Shown: positions 28,778 through 39,809 of the stretch, piece by piece
Layout: every line of letters starts with the position of its first letter
How positions within the stretch are numbered: position 1 is the stretch's first letter
Virus record (IMG/VR): IMGVR_UViG_3300028888_000053
Location: 148,278 to 212,277 of that record
Strand: one strand, 5' to 3'
From: a virus
Taxonomy: Duplodnaviria > Caudoviricetes
Length of the DNA stretch: 64,000 bases
The notes under the pieces: generated by a model
The model's database searches: none
What the model was told of the DNA's origin: nothing
The model's input: only the letters and a program-made list of their open reading frames with translations
Translations under genes and position numbers: made by a program

Positions 28778-30133
28778 ATGTGTGGATTAGTAGGAATGAT
28801 TAATACGAGAAAAACCAATTTTGATTTTACTCGTTTCTGTACTCTTGGTATTAGTAATGATGTCCGCGGAGGTGACTCTGTTGGCATCTATATTGATGGA
28901 AAATATGAATATTATTGTGAAAACAAATCTGGTGCTACTTTGTTTGAAGATGTAACTCTTAAGAGTGATCTTCTTCAAAATACAAAAGAGTATCAGTTTG
29001 CTTTCGCACATTGTAGAAAAGCTTCTGTTGGCTATGACATTACAGCTCGTTCTGCTCAGCCAGTTATTATTAAGAATAATACTGAAGACAAGATCGACTA
29101 TGTTCTTATGCATAATGGAACTATCTATAATTCTGAGGCGTTGGCTAAAAAGTATATACCAGAAGTAAATATTAAAGGACTGACAGATTCTCAAATTATG
29201 GCTCATATCTTTTATTATAAAGGATATGATGCACTGGCTGAATATAATGGTTCTGCTGTCTTTATGATTCTCGATTATAGAGAAGATAGAGAAAATCCTA
29301 CCTTCCTTTGTTGGAAAGGTAAGTCTAAAGAGAACTCTTATCGTAATTCTGGTGCAGAAAAAGATGAAAGACCATTCTATTTTGTGAGTGACAAAGAACA
29401 TTTTGTTATGTCTTCAGTCAGCACATTCTTTAGTTCTTTGTATCCTACTATGACTATATATACTTTGCCCGCTAACACACTGTGTTCGTGGGATGGTGAT
29501 TTGTGGACTGTTGAAGAATATGATCGTAAAGATCAGCAGCAGGATAAAGTATATGTTAATACGTATACTCCCGCTACAAGTACATATACTCCTCCTGTAT
29601 ATACTAGTAATAGCAATAGTGGATATAATAGTACTGATTTAGTTACTTCGAGTGCTACTGATGGTAAATGTTATAAGGGTAATGTTGCTCTTCATGGAAT
29701 GTTCCATATTTCTGACTATGGTCGTTTCTGCAGTTCTAATGGATATGCAGCCAATGAAATGTGGTTCTGGAATGGTACACTACTGAAGAATAGTGCAGCA
29801 TATGGATTCTTGTCTCGTTTCCAGAAAGAGATGGGTGCTACTATTTATGAGATAGATAATCTCTATCCTGAATTGGTGGCTTATTTGAGTCCGTATCCAT
29901 TTATTAAGATTACTACTCCTGGAAACGTTAAAGAAGTCCGTGAAATCAAGAGCCCTGTAGGAGGTATTGCATATACTGGTATATTGTCTTATCCATTTGT
30001 TAGGACTCAGTATGAATATCTGAATGGTATATTCCAAAAATCAACGACTTGTACTACAGTAGAGTCATTGGATTTGTATAAGAAACATAAAGACGATGTA
30101 TTAGATTACGAAATTCTAGCTAAATTTGTATGA
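28778..30133 (+). CDS. Class II (Ntn) glutamine amidotransferase
   Basis: MCGLVG, RGGDSVG, HCRKAS, HNGTI, TDS. Confidence 0.88.
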   Translation: MCGLVGMINTRKTNFDFTRFCTLGISNDVRGGDSVGIYIDGKYEYYCENKSGATLFEDVTLKSDLLQNTKEYQFAFAHCRKASVGYDITARSAQPVIIKNNTEDKIDYVLMHNGTIYNSEALAKKYIPEVNIKGLTDSQIMAHIFYYKGYDALAEYNGSAVFMILDYREDRENPTFLCWKGKSKENSYRNSGAEKDERPFYFVSDKEHFVMSSVSTFFSSLYPTMTIYTLPANTLCSWDGDLWTVEEYDRKDQQQDKVYVNTYTPATSTYTPPVYTSNSNSGYNSTDLVTSSATDGKCYKGNVALHGMFHISDYGRFCSSNGYAANEMWFWNGTLLKNSAAYGFLSRFQKEMGATIYEIDNLYPELVAYLSPYPFIKITTPGNVKEVREIKSPVGGIAYTGILSYPFVRTQYEYLNGIFQKSTTCTTVESLDLYKKHKDDVLDYEILAKFV

Positions 30134-31413
30134 GAGTATTTAATGAAACTACAAGAAGAATGTGTGCTGTAACACGTACTATTCGTGCAATAGTTGACAT
30201 CTATGATGATGCCTTTGAATTTGGATATGTAAGTCCCGATGATCCATTACTCTGTCCGTGTATATATCATACAGAAAATGGTTACGATAAAGGAGTCATT
30301 CGTAAAACAGAGAAAGTAAGTAAATTACTTATCTTTTCAGTGTTTCATGGATGTTATGTTATTCCATTTGGATTTGATAAATCATTCCTTGATGAGTGTC
30401 AATACAATATGGGTGTTGGGCAGTTTCCATATACATTCACAAGATATTATGAGGCCTTTAACAATTTTAATTTGTTTGAAGGTAAACAACAAGTAGTTAA
30501 CAATGTTAATTATAAGTTATCTGAATATCTCAAATATACTTTTGGTGTAGAGTTTGAAACTTCGATGGGATATCTTCCACAGGATATTGCTTTTAGAGAT
30601 GGATTAATTCCATTGAGAGATGGTTCTATTTCTGGTCTGGAGTATTCTACTGTAGTAATGAAAGGTAATAATGGTATTAACCTATTGCATCAACAAGTAG
30701 AAACTCTTAAGAAGTATACATTCTTTAATAAGGAATGCTCGCTTCATATTCATATGGGTGGTTATCCCGTTGATACAAAGGCTATCTTTGTCTTGTATAC
30801 CATTGCTTGTCTTCTTGAGAATGATCTTGGAATGTATGTACCTAAATATACTTTCCAAACTTCTAAGTATAAAGCTAGCGGAAAAGACTATTGTAAGTAT
30901 CTAAATCGCTATTCTTCTTTCGAAGCAATATACGAAGGTATTGCTGAAAAGGAATATAATGGTAGCTTGTATGATCCTCATCCTAATGATCAAGAAAGAA
31001 GTCATAAGTGGGATTGTCACTCTCGATATGTTTGGTGTAATATTCTGAATATGATTTGTTATGAAAAGGGCAAGACTGTTGAATTTAGATTCCTGAGACC
31101 TACTTATAATTTCCATAAGATTTATCTTTGGATGTATATCTTTAATGGTATTCTTCTTTATGCAGAAAAGAAGTATCAAGAATTCAAAGTAAAGTCTGAT
31201 TTGGAGATCATTCGTATATTGAAGAAATCTACCATCTCTCTTGCTGCCATTATGGATGCAGTGTATCCAGAAGCAATAGCAAATAATATCAAACAGGGAT
31301 TAACACTTCTTAGATATGCAGTTGCTAACCAATCTCGTAATGGAGATTTTATAGGTAAGGATACATTCTATGAAGACGGCATCAACGAAAAGGCACTATG
31401 TGATTTATTGTGA
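30130..31413 (+). CDS. Putative amidoligase (glutamine-synthetase-like fold)
   Basis: TFGVEFE, DGSISGLEYST, CSLHIH, TVEFR. Confidence 0.82.
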   Translation: MRVFNETTRRMCAVTRTIRAIVDIYDDAFEFGYVSPDDPLLCPCIYHTENGYDKGVIRKTEKVSKLLIFSVFHGCYVIPFGFDKSFLDECQYNMGVGQFPYTFTRYYEAFNNFNLFEGKQQVVNNVNYKLSEYLKYTFGVEFETSMGYLPQDIAFRDGLIPLRDGSISGLEYSTVVMKGNNGINLLHQQVETLKKYTFFNKECSLHIHMGGYPVDTKAIFVLYTIACLLENDLGMYVPKYTFQTSKYKASGKDYCKYLNRYSSFEAIYEGIAEKEYNGSLYDPHPNDQERSHKWDCHSRYVWCNILNMICYEKGKTVEFRFLRPTYNFHKIYLWMYIFNGILLYAEKKYQEFKVKSDLEIIRILKKSTISLAAIMDAVYPEAIANNIKQGLTLLRYAVANQSRNGDFIGKDTFYEDGINEKALCDLL

Positions 31414-31801
31414 TGGTGCATATTCACATACTCGTAAACAAAGCGGAGCAGGTTTGGTCATTTATCGTAATGGCCAACCTGTTTTCGAGTATGCTAAATG
31501 TTTTAAAGGTGGTACAAACAATACAGCTGAATTGTGTGCTATTATATTATCATTAAAATGTTTTAAAAATCCAGTAGATTCTATTCTCGTTGTTAGTGAT
31601 TCCCAATATTGTATTGGATGTATTAATGATGGTTGGTCTAGAAATGCAAATTTAGCACTATGGAATGAATTTGACAAAATATATCTACACGTCAAATCAT
31701 TATGCGATGATATTAAATTTGCTTGGATTAAAGGACATAATCAAAGTCTTGGTAATATTAGAGCAGATGAATTAGCCGTACAAGCTAGTCAATCAGTATA
31801 A
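31370..31801 (+). CDS. rnhA: Ribonuclease HI
   Basis: YCDGA, TNNTAEL, SDSQY, WIKGH, NIRADELA. Confidence 0.92.
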   Translation: MKTASTKRHYVIYCDGAYSHTRKQSGAGLVIYRNGQPVFEYAKCFKGGTNNTAELCAIILSLKCFKNPVDSILVVSDSQYCIGCINDGWSRNANLALWNEFDKIYLHVKSLCDDIKFAWIKGHNQSLGNIRADELAVQASQSV

Positions 31802-32694
31802 TTATGGAAACTATCATTAATGAAAATCATATCGATGAATTACTAAATTCACTTGATGATATTCATTTGTATGAACCAGAAATTGAATCATTAACAGATG
31901 AAGAATATCAAGCAATTAGCGATGCTAAGTATGAAGCTTGGCTCAGAGAGGAGGAAATGAAAAATGAAGTATCGTAAAATGAAAGAACGTCTTGCTAGAC
32001 GTCAAGCAGCGTGGGAGAAAATGCCTCAGGCAGTAAAAGATTCAACAACAAAACCAGGATCAGTTAAAAAAGGATGAAAGAAAAGAATAATTCTGAATGG
32101 GTAGACGTTCATAACGATGCCCTTATGGTAAGCCTTGGAATTAGGCAGCCTAATTTGCAACCTAAAGACATGTCTGTATGGACTAAGACACCAAGAGAAA
32201 AGAAAATTCTTAAGGTGCTTAGAAAAAGGTATAAGAATAGTATTAAAACAAAGTCTATGTATATACCGAAGACAATTCCTGTGTATGACAAACTTATTGT
32301 ACAAATCAAGCCAACCAAAGGTATGAAAACCACGTATTCACATCAGTGTGGCCAAAGTGATATACCTAGAATACTTGGTAATTATATTGACAACAAGGGG
32401 CATAATCTTGTTGTAAAATATCGTTGGCTAAATAAATGGTATAACTATGGCATTTTACCGTTCTGGAGGTCGAAAGATTAAAACCGCTCCGTTTTTCCAA
32501 TATGAAATGGAAATCGCCCAATTTAATAAAGGAAGTTATGCAGTAATAGGTTGTGATACCTTTGGTTCTAGAGTATTTCTAGGATTGTCTGTATCTAATG
32601 ATTATCCCGTTGAGGGACTTGGCACTATACATAAACATTCTATATTAGTTGGAGCTCCTGAAGAATGGCTAATTAAAAATAAATACGAAAAAAT

Positions 32695-33222
32695 ATGAAA
32701 GAAAAGGTAGAGTACAAATTTGGAGAGTTTACTGATTTTAATGGTGTAACCCGTAAATTTATTGTGGCAGCTGTTAGTCGTCCAGTAAATACAATGTATG
32801 TAGCAGAATACGGAAAAGATAATCATTCTGCTCCTGAAATAAATAAGGTTCTGTCTATTGGAATTGCTATTTGTAATCCTATAGATACATATGACGAAGA
32901 GACTGGAAAACGTATTGCTTATAATAAGGCAGTAGCCACCAATAATTCTCTGAAGTTGTATGCTTCATTTTCTGGTATGATAAATACAAAGATGGTAGAT
33001 GCATTGATTGATCAAGAGATTGCATATTTTAAGAACTATCCTGAGTCTCATATCAAGGGTTATAATGAAGCATACTATAAGTATATGCAAGCTCAAAAGA
33101 AAGCAGCAGAGATTATTGCTTTGAAAGATAAGCTTTCTGCAGCCGAATTTGAGACTGTGAATTACATTAAGAACCTTGATAGTTCGACAAGGGATGCTAT
33201 GTTGAAATTGATAGGTGGGTAA
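32695..33222 (+). CDS. Hypothetical phage protein
   Basis: GIAICNPIDTYDEETGKRIA motif. Confidence 0.55.
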   Translation: MKEKVEYKFGEFTDFNGVTRKFIVAAVSRPVNTMYVAEYGKDNHSAPEINKVLSIGIAICNPIDTYDEETGKRIAYNKAVATNNSLKLYASFSGMINTKMVDALIDQEIAYFKNYPESHIKGYNEAYYKYMQAQKKAAEIIALKDKLSAAEFETVNYIKNLDSSTRDAMLKLIGG

Positions 33223-33556
33223 AAAATACTTAATAATAGCACTGGCTCTATCACTAATATGTAATGGAGTCATGTGCTATTTTCTCTTGAAGAAACCTCG
33301 TGTTGAGATAGTTACGGTAGATAATATTCAATATGAAATAGATACAATATATGTTGAAAATCAGACTTTGTTAAATGAAGTTAACGAAGGCAAAATCAAT
33401 TTAAATCATGTTGAAAAACAGTTTGAAAAAGATTATAATTGCATTGTTAATGAGTCTTATGATTCCGATATTGTCTTTTTCAGAGAATATATCGAACAAC
33501 AATCAAAACGAGGACTCTTTGATTTGGATTACAGCAAAACAATTAAAGCAAACTAA
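33215..33556 (+). CDS. N-anchored membrane coiled-coil protein (possible spanin-like)
   Basis: N-terminal TM helix; overlaps the next ORF by 149 nt. Confidence 0.4.
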   Translation: MGKKYLIIALALSLICNGVMCYFLLKKPRVEIVTVDNIQYEIDTIYVENQTLLNEVNEGKINLNHVEKQFEKDYNCIVNESYDSDIVFFREYIEQQSKRGLFDLDYSKTIKAN

Positions 33557-33839
33557 TATAATATTTTTAGAGCATAAGAAACTCCTGCAAAGAGATTCTA
33601 TTCTTAGCCAACAAGTGCTTAACTTGGAACAAGTATATATTAATTATAATAAAATAGATTCCTTAAGACAGGAACAATTACTTATAGCTCAACAACAGAT
33701 CAAGGCAGACAGTATTAAGATGGTAGCAATGGATAAGAAGATTAAAAAGTCTAAACGAAAAATCAAAAATAGAAATTATACACTTATTGGTTTTTCTGGT
33801 TTGACATTTCTTCTTGGGTATCTATTAATATCTAAATGA
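33408..33839 (+). CDS. Coiled-coil membrane protein with signal-like N-terminus and C-terminal TM (possible spanin partner)
   Basis: Hydrophobic ends, Gln/Leu heptads, overlapping arrangement. Confidence 0.4.
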   Translation: MLKNSLKKIIIALLMSLMIPILSFSENISNNNQNEDSLIWITAKQLKQTNIIFLEHKKLLQRDSILSQQVLNLEQVYINYNKIDSLRQEQLLIAQQQIKADSIKMVAMDKKIKKSKRKIKNRNYTLIGFSGLTFLLGYLLISK

Positions 33840-34321
33840 AAAAAAAGAAATTTCGCTTTGATCGTGATGTAGATGGTATCAAATATCAATTTCCAGAAAG
33901 AAGTTGTAAATGGTGCCAAAGATACCCATGCATTTATGGCATGGAGGTATTTGGAGCAGATTTCGCTAAATATGGTTGTGGTCAATATTTAGAAATATGA
34001 TTACAATACACGCGAAACTGTTAGAGGCTGTATGTGATATTGAAGGATATATCACGTATGTATTCCAAATTTTAGATCAAGAAAGAACATACCTTGTCAG
34101 TAGCGATTATCTTATGTGCGTTCGTTATCCTAACTGGGAACAATCCGAAATTAAAAAAGGAGACCAGGGATATTTGAAAGTAAAAGAAGTCGCAGCGGGT
34201 AAAGATCAATGGTTTGATGGACACGAAATGATCTACTATAGAAATGATGATATCATATTTTATAAGTTTATCAAGGAAACTGAACAAACCGACATTATTA
34301 CATTATGAAATCTAAAATTTT

Positions 34322-35224
34322 ATGACAGTTATTAAAGACAGACTTACGTCAGCATTGAATGAGAGAAGTGCAATTGAGGCAGCAGCAAAGAAAGATATTA
34401 CATCTTATATATGGAAAGGTCCTAAAGAAGAATTGAATGGACAGAAGTTCCAAGATGAGATTAAACTTGTTGATGCATCTGATTCACAGCTAATGGAATT
34501 CTATGCTCATTGTAAGTCTATGCTTTATAGTAGAGATCCAGAAAATCCTGGAAGATACATTCTAATAGAAGATATTAGAGAGAGTAGACAAAAGTGTGAT
34601 GCAGAACTCATGATTCGTTATCTTGAAGGTAGTTATAAACCAAATGCTACTAGACCAAGATATCCTAGACAAATGTTCTGCGATGATTTTAGAACATTCC
34701 TTCAAAGGAATACAGATACGTTCCCATCTAATAGATGGAAAGAGTTTTATATTACAGAGTTTCTTGAAGGACTCCCCGAAGACTTTTGGAGAGTAACAAT
34801 TGATATGGCTTGGAGGGCAAGTAATGATAAGCTCGGTCATATTAATAAGAAACCCATTACTTTGAATTTCCTTACTAAACTTGGTATTTGGCTTGAACCA
34901 GAAGAGATTAAAGATCTCACTGAGAAAGATCCAGAAACAGGTAAACGTCGCGATTATCTCGATGTAATTAAAGAGCGCTTGTTCCTTAAGCCTACTACTA
35001 GACTTAAAGTGAATTCTGAAGGTGGTCTTAACTATAAGGAATTTAGAGCTATGGTGAAGCTCCATAATGAAAAGTATACCAGTATGAGTACTGATAAACT
35101 TGTAACTCTTCGTGAGAAAATTCTGTATCGTCTTGAGGATGTTTGTACATCACACATTGTCTTCTGGGAAAACAAGATCAAAGAGCTTGAGGAAGTAGCC
35201 GAATCGCGAGGATGGTCATTCTAA
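34322..35224 (+). CDS. Hypothetical replication-region protein
   Basis: 300 aa ORF upstream of the helicase block. Confidence 0.6.
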   Translation: MTVIKDRLTSALNERSAIEAAAKKDITSYIWKGPKEELNGQKFQDEIKLVDASDSQLMEFYAHCKSMLYSRDPENPGRYILIEDIRESRQKCDAELMIRYLEGSYKPNATRPRYPRQMFCDDFRTFLQRNTDTFPSNRWKEFYITEFLEGLPEDFWRVTIDMAWRASNDKLGHINKKPITLNFLTKLGIWLEPEEIKDLTEKDPETGKRRDYLDVIKERLFLKPTTRLKVNSEGGLNYKEFRAMVKLHNEKYTSMSTDKLVTLREKILYRLEDVCTSHIVFWENKIKELEEVAESRGWSF

Positions 35225-35279
35225 AGTTCATATATAATGAATTCAACGTAGCTTTAGTCTGCGCTATCATTGATATGTT

Positions 35280-36527
35280 ATGACGAGGGATGAACGACAA
35301 TTGCAATGTGTTAAGAATTGGTTGACACATAATGGTAAAGGTTCTATTATTGCTCCTACAGGAGTTGGTAAAACTCGTATTGCTATTATGTGTATTAAGG
35401 CGGTATTAAAAAAGTTTCCAGTATTAAAGGTAACTGTAATTGTACCTACAACTAATCTCGAAAAACAATGGAATGAGCGATTGGCGCTTGCGAAAGTAAA
35501 AGAACATTGTGATGTTTATGTAGTAAACACAGCTATTACAAAAAGTATTGTCACGGATTTATTAATTATTGATGAAATACATATCACTGCTGCTAAAACT
35601 TTTAGTGCAATATTCAAATGTGTAAGGTATAAATTAATTTTAGGTCTTACTGCTACGCTTGAAAGATTAGATGGTAGACATGTATTGATCCAGCGATTTT
35701 GTCCAGTCTGTGATAAGATTACTTTAGCTGATACAATATTAAATCATTGGATATCTGATTATACTGAATATTTAGTTCTTTTAGATGTTGATAATCTAGA
35801 AGAATATGATAGAATGCAAACAGAATTCATGCAGCATTTTGAGTATTTTGGTTTTGATTTCAAACTTGCAATGTCTTTCATTGGACCTAAAGGTTTTGAC
35901 AATCGTAAGAACTATACTACTCAGATATGTCGTGATCCAAAGAAGTGGAATGATACGTTTAAACAAGTATCATATCATTCAGCGATGTTTCAACGATGTA
36001 TGTCTGGCAGAAAAACGTTTATAAATAATCATTCTAAAAAAATAGAACTTGCTCGTAAGATTATTGAGATGCGTCCAAATTCTCGAATTATAACTTTCTC
36101 TAATAATGTTAAAATGGCTGAGGCTATAGGTTATGGAGAAGTGTATACAGGGCAGTTATCTAAGAAAAGAAGCGATACTATTCTTCAAGATTTTATTGAT
36201 GGTAAAACAAATATCATTAATAGCTCTAAGAAATTAATTGCTGGTTTTGATGCTCCAAATATTAATTGCGAAATTATACTTGGACAAGATTCTAGTTCTA
36301 TTAGAGCTACTCAGACAAGAGGTAGAGCATTAAGAGTCGAGGGTGATAAACATTCTGAAATATTTAATCTTGTGTTAAATAATACACAAGAATTAAAGTG
36401 GTTTCTGGATAGTCACAAAGACAATAATTTTGTTCCTATTGATGAGGAAAATTTGATGAAAGTATTAAATAACGAACAGTTTGAACAATATCAATATCCG
36501 TTGAGAAACTTTAGTTTAAGATATTAA
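35280..36527 (+). CDS. Superfamily 2 (DExH) helicase
   Basis: APTGVGKT, DEIH, LTAT, GFDAP, QTRGRALR. Confidence 0.92.
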   Translation: MTRDERQLQCVKNWLTHNGKGSIIAPTGVGKTRIAIMCIKAVLKKFPVLKVTVIVPTTNLEKQWNERLALAKVKEHCDVYVVNTAITKSIVTDLLIIDEIHITAAKTFSAIFKCVRYKLILGLTATLERLDGRHVLIQRFCPVCDKITLADTILNHWISDYTEYLVLLDVDNLEEYDRMQTEFMQHFEYFGFDFKLAMSFIGPKGFDNRKNYTTQICRDPKKWNDTFKQVSYHSAMFQRCMSGRKTFINNHSKKIELARKIIEMRPNSRIITFSNNVKMAEAIGYGEVYTGQLSKKRSDTILQDFIDGKTNIINSSKKLIAGFDAPNINCEIILGQDSSSIRATQTRGRALRVEGDKHSEIFNLVLNNTQELKWFLDSHKDNNFVPIDEENLMKVLNNEQFEQYQYPLRNFSLRY

Positions 36528-36755
36528 GATGATACAAGAACGAATGCTAGAATTAGCAGTATTGCAGAATTTTATATCAGCTCTACCAAAGACCATTAAT
36601 GATGGTAGATATGATAAAAAAGCAATCATGAAAAGATATTTCACTCTAAAAAGAGAATTTTTACAGCCATACGAAAAGGATTCCAGTCAGTAATGACATT
36701 AAACCATTTACAAGGCATAGATTAGCAATAAGAATATAAACGTATTCTTTACTAT

Positions 36756-37376
36756 TTGAAAACTTGTAATCTAAGTATTGAAAGTGAGTTGGCTCTTATT
36801 GAAAGATTTGGGCTAACTCCAAATGAATTATTTATACTACGGCTATTGATTCTTGCAAAAGCAGAATCTACGCAAACATATCTTTTTAGATTCTTGCAGG
36901 GAGGTGAATCAAACAAATCGATGGTAAGGGATTGTTTGTATTCTCTGCAAGCTAAAGGTATTATATTGAAGGCTTATGATATACCAGCAGAAGGCCAGAG
37001 ATTTGTACCTAAAGAGGTTTTATTTAGTAAATCTTTTGATAAGAATTATGAGAAAGCATCTTTAGAAATGGGTAGAGAATTGTTTAGTGTGTATCCTATG
37101 TTTGCTCTAATTAATGGAGTAATGGTACCAATTAAAACAGTTTCTAAACATTTTAATTCTATTGATGATGCTTATCGATTCTATGGAAAGACAATTAAAT
37201 ATAATCAAGAATTACATAATCATATTATTGAGTTAGTAAAATGGGCAGTTGATAATACTAATATTATTAACTGTTCGTTTAGTAGTTTTTTAATTAATAA
37301 TTTTTGGGAAACATTAGACGCAATTAAAGACGGAGATCAAGGCAATATTAATTTTGATACAGTACGATTACTATGA
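36756..37376 (+). CDS. Hypothetical protein coupled to DnaB (possible initiator or loader)
   Basis: TTG start, ATGA overlap with dnaB. Confidence 0.5.
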   Translation: MKTCNLSIESELALIERFGLTPNELFILRLLILAKAESTQTYLFRFLQGGESNKSMVRDCLYSLQAKGIILKAYDIPAEGQRFVPKEVLFSKSFDKNYEKASLEMGRELFSVYPMFALINGVMVPIKTVSKHFNSIDDAYRFYGKTIKYNQELHNHIIELVKWAVDNTNIINCSFSSFLINNFWETLDAIKDGDQGNINFDTVRLL

Positions 37377-38443
37377 TTACAGAAAATCTACTTAATCAAA
37401 TTGATAGTGGTAGAAGTGGTAAAAACCACGGATATTCAATTGGTCTTCCAAAACTTGAAAGGATTATAGATGGAGTAACACCATCTACTTATACTATTAT
37501 CTTTTCTCCTAGTGGAGTAGGAAAAACTACCTTTGCATTATATTCTTACATATATAAACCATTATGTGAACACATGAGTGATAATAATTTTAAGATTGTA
37601 TATTACAGTCTTGAAATGTCTGCAGAAATATTAATGGCAAAATTACTTTGCATGCATATTTTTGACACTTATGGAGTAGAATTATCATTGAAAGAATTAT
37701 TGTCTCGTCGAGCAAACTATACTTTGTCCGATGAGTATTATAATATGATTCAAGATTCTAGACCTTGGTTGGAAAGAGTTGAAGAACTCTTGATTATATA
37801 TGATAAGGGACTAAATGCAGAGGTATTATATTCTTCTCTAATGAAGCATTTGACTAATAATGGTAAGTTTACAGAAGGAGAGAATAGAAAAATATATATA
37901 CCTAATAATCCTGATTGTGTTACGTTAGTAATTATTGACCACCTTAGTTTGGTTAGACCAGCAAATGGAAGAACTTTAAAACAAGAGATGGATTTGATTT
38001 CATCATACCTTGTTACACTTAGAAATATGTGTAAGATAAGTCCTTTAGTTATTATGCAGGCTAATAGAGAATCATCCTCTATGGATAGAAGAAAGGAAGG
38101 GTTGAATAATCTAACTATTAATGATTCTAAAGATACTGGTTCTCCAATTCAAGATGCAGAGGTTGTTATTTCAATCTTTTCTCCTTTTAGAGAAAGATTA
38201 GCAACTTATCGAGGTTATGATATCAAACAGCTTGGTCCTAACTTTCGAGTCATCTCTGTTCTTAAATCAAGATATGGAGAAGCAGATATAGAAGATCCAT
38301 GTGCTTTTTATGGAAAAGTAGGAATCTTTAAAGAACTACCAAAACCAGATGAAATATATGATTATAGTAAGTACCTTACTACAGATTGGCTAATACATCC
38401 AGATGAAGAAAATAATGATTCGAAATTTAACTTTAATTTATGA
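37373..38443 (+). CDS. dnaB: DnaB-like replicative helicase
   Basis: PSGVGKT, SLEMS, IIDHL, MQANR, IQDAEVV, LKSRYG. Confidence 0.9.
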   Translation: MITENLLNQIDSGRSGKNHGYSIGLPKLERIIDGVTPSTYTIIFSPSGVGKTTFALYSYIYKPLCEHMSDNNFKIVYYSLEMSAEILMAKLLCMHIFDTYGVELSLKELLSRRANYTLSDEYYNMIQDSRPWLERVEELLIIYDKGLNAEVLYSSLMKHLTNNGKFTEGENRKIYIPNNPDCVTLVIIDHLSLVRPANGRTLKQEMDLISSYLVTLRNMCKISPLVIMQANRESSSMDRRKEGLNNLTINDSKDTGSPIQDAEVVISIFSPFRERLATYRGYDIKQLGPNFRVISVLKSRYGEADIEDPCAFYGKVGIFKELPKPDEIYDYSKYLTTDWLIHPDEENNDSKFNFNL

Positions 38444-39186
38444 GTATTGTATTGCCAACAAAACCAATTCCTAGTATTACGCAAGATCCAAAGAATCTAA
38501 TTATATACGGAGTGCCAAAAGTTGGCAAGACGTCACTTTTGTCTACACTACGTAATCTTCTATTAATCGATTTGGAAAATGGAAGTGATTATATTAGTGC
38601 AATGAAAGTCAAAGTTAATAACTTTGCAGAGTTAAAAGAACTTTGTCTTGCAATTAAGGATGCAAATTGTCCGTATGATTTTATTGCTTTGGATACCATA
38701 ACTGCGTTGGAGGAAATGGTAAAGCCTGTTGCATTAGCGTTGTATCGTAAATCTCCTATGGGAATGAATGATACTATTACAAACGATATTATTACTTTAC
38801 CTCATGGTGCTGGATATGGTTTTCTTAGAACTGCAATGGAACTAGCAATTGATATGGTTTCTAAAGTTACTAAGAATATCATTCTTGTTGGCCATGTAAA
38901 AGATAAAGTATTGGGAAGTGCAGATTCTGCAGATGTAGGTTCTGTAAGAGATTTGGATTTAACAGGTAAAATTAATAGAATTTTATCTGCCAAATCGGAT
39001 GCTATTGGTTTTATTCATCGTGATGATGATAGTAACTTGTGTATTAATTTCATTAATGGTAATGAAGTTACTGCAGGAGCTAGACCAGCACATCTTGCCA
39101 ATAAAGATATTGTAGTTGCAGAAAGAATGGACGATGGTTCATTTGTTTCTCATTGGGAGAGAATCTATCCAAGTCTTAATGCATAA
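38440..39186 (+). CDS. P-loop ATPase (AAA_24/Sak4-like recombinase)
   Basis: YGVPKVGKT, IDLENG, LDTIT, GHVKD. Confidence 0.8.
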   Translation: MSIVLPTKPIPSITQDPKNLIIYGVPKVGKTSLLSTLRNLLLIDLENGSDYISAMKVKVNNFAELKELCLAIKDANCPYDFIALDTITALEEMVKPVALALYRKSPMGMNDTITNDIITLPHGAGYGFLRTAMELAIDMVSKVTKNIILVGHVKDKVLGSADSADVGSVRDLDLTGKINRILSAKSDAIGFIHRDDDSNLCINFINGNEVTAGARPAHLANKDIVVAERMDDGSFVSHWERIYPSLNA

Positions 39187-39809
39187 TGGCAATTTTAAAT
39201 TTTAAATTGTCAGTTGATACTGACACTGGTACTTGTACTGTCGTACCGTTTGAAGAACCAGTTAAAAAGCCTAGTAAAAAACACGAAGTAGTAGAAGAAT
39301 CTACAGAGCCAGAATTACTACTTCAAGAAGGAAAGTATGCCTTTAATAAGGCAGCCATTTCATTAATGCAATTACGACAAGGAGATCGAATTGTAATTGC
39401 TTATGAAAAAGATGGTAGACCTGTTATTGGTAAACAAGAATTCTTTGGAGTTGGTAATGGTAATAAGTTATCTTCTGCTAATACTGTAATTTACAAAGGT
39501 AAAGATCGTTCAAATTTGGAAAAATTTGGAACTAAGTTTCAAGTAGAACCAAAGGATAATGGTATTTTCTATCTTGTAAATGATAAGACAGCAGCAATTG
39601 GTGATGTAAAACTTGATGACGATTTACAAGTTCCAGCAAAAGGAGGTATGGTCAATGTTCCATCATTTGATCTTGATGATTTACTGAATGATATACTTCT
39701 TCAGGATGAATCAAATTATACAATGAAGGGACTTGACTTTTCATTTTAATTATTAGATCATAAAAAAATATTTAGATGATGAAGTAAATGTATTTAAACT
39801 ATTTTTTAT

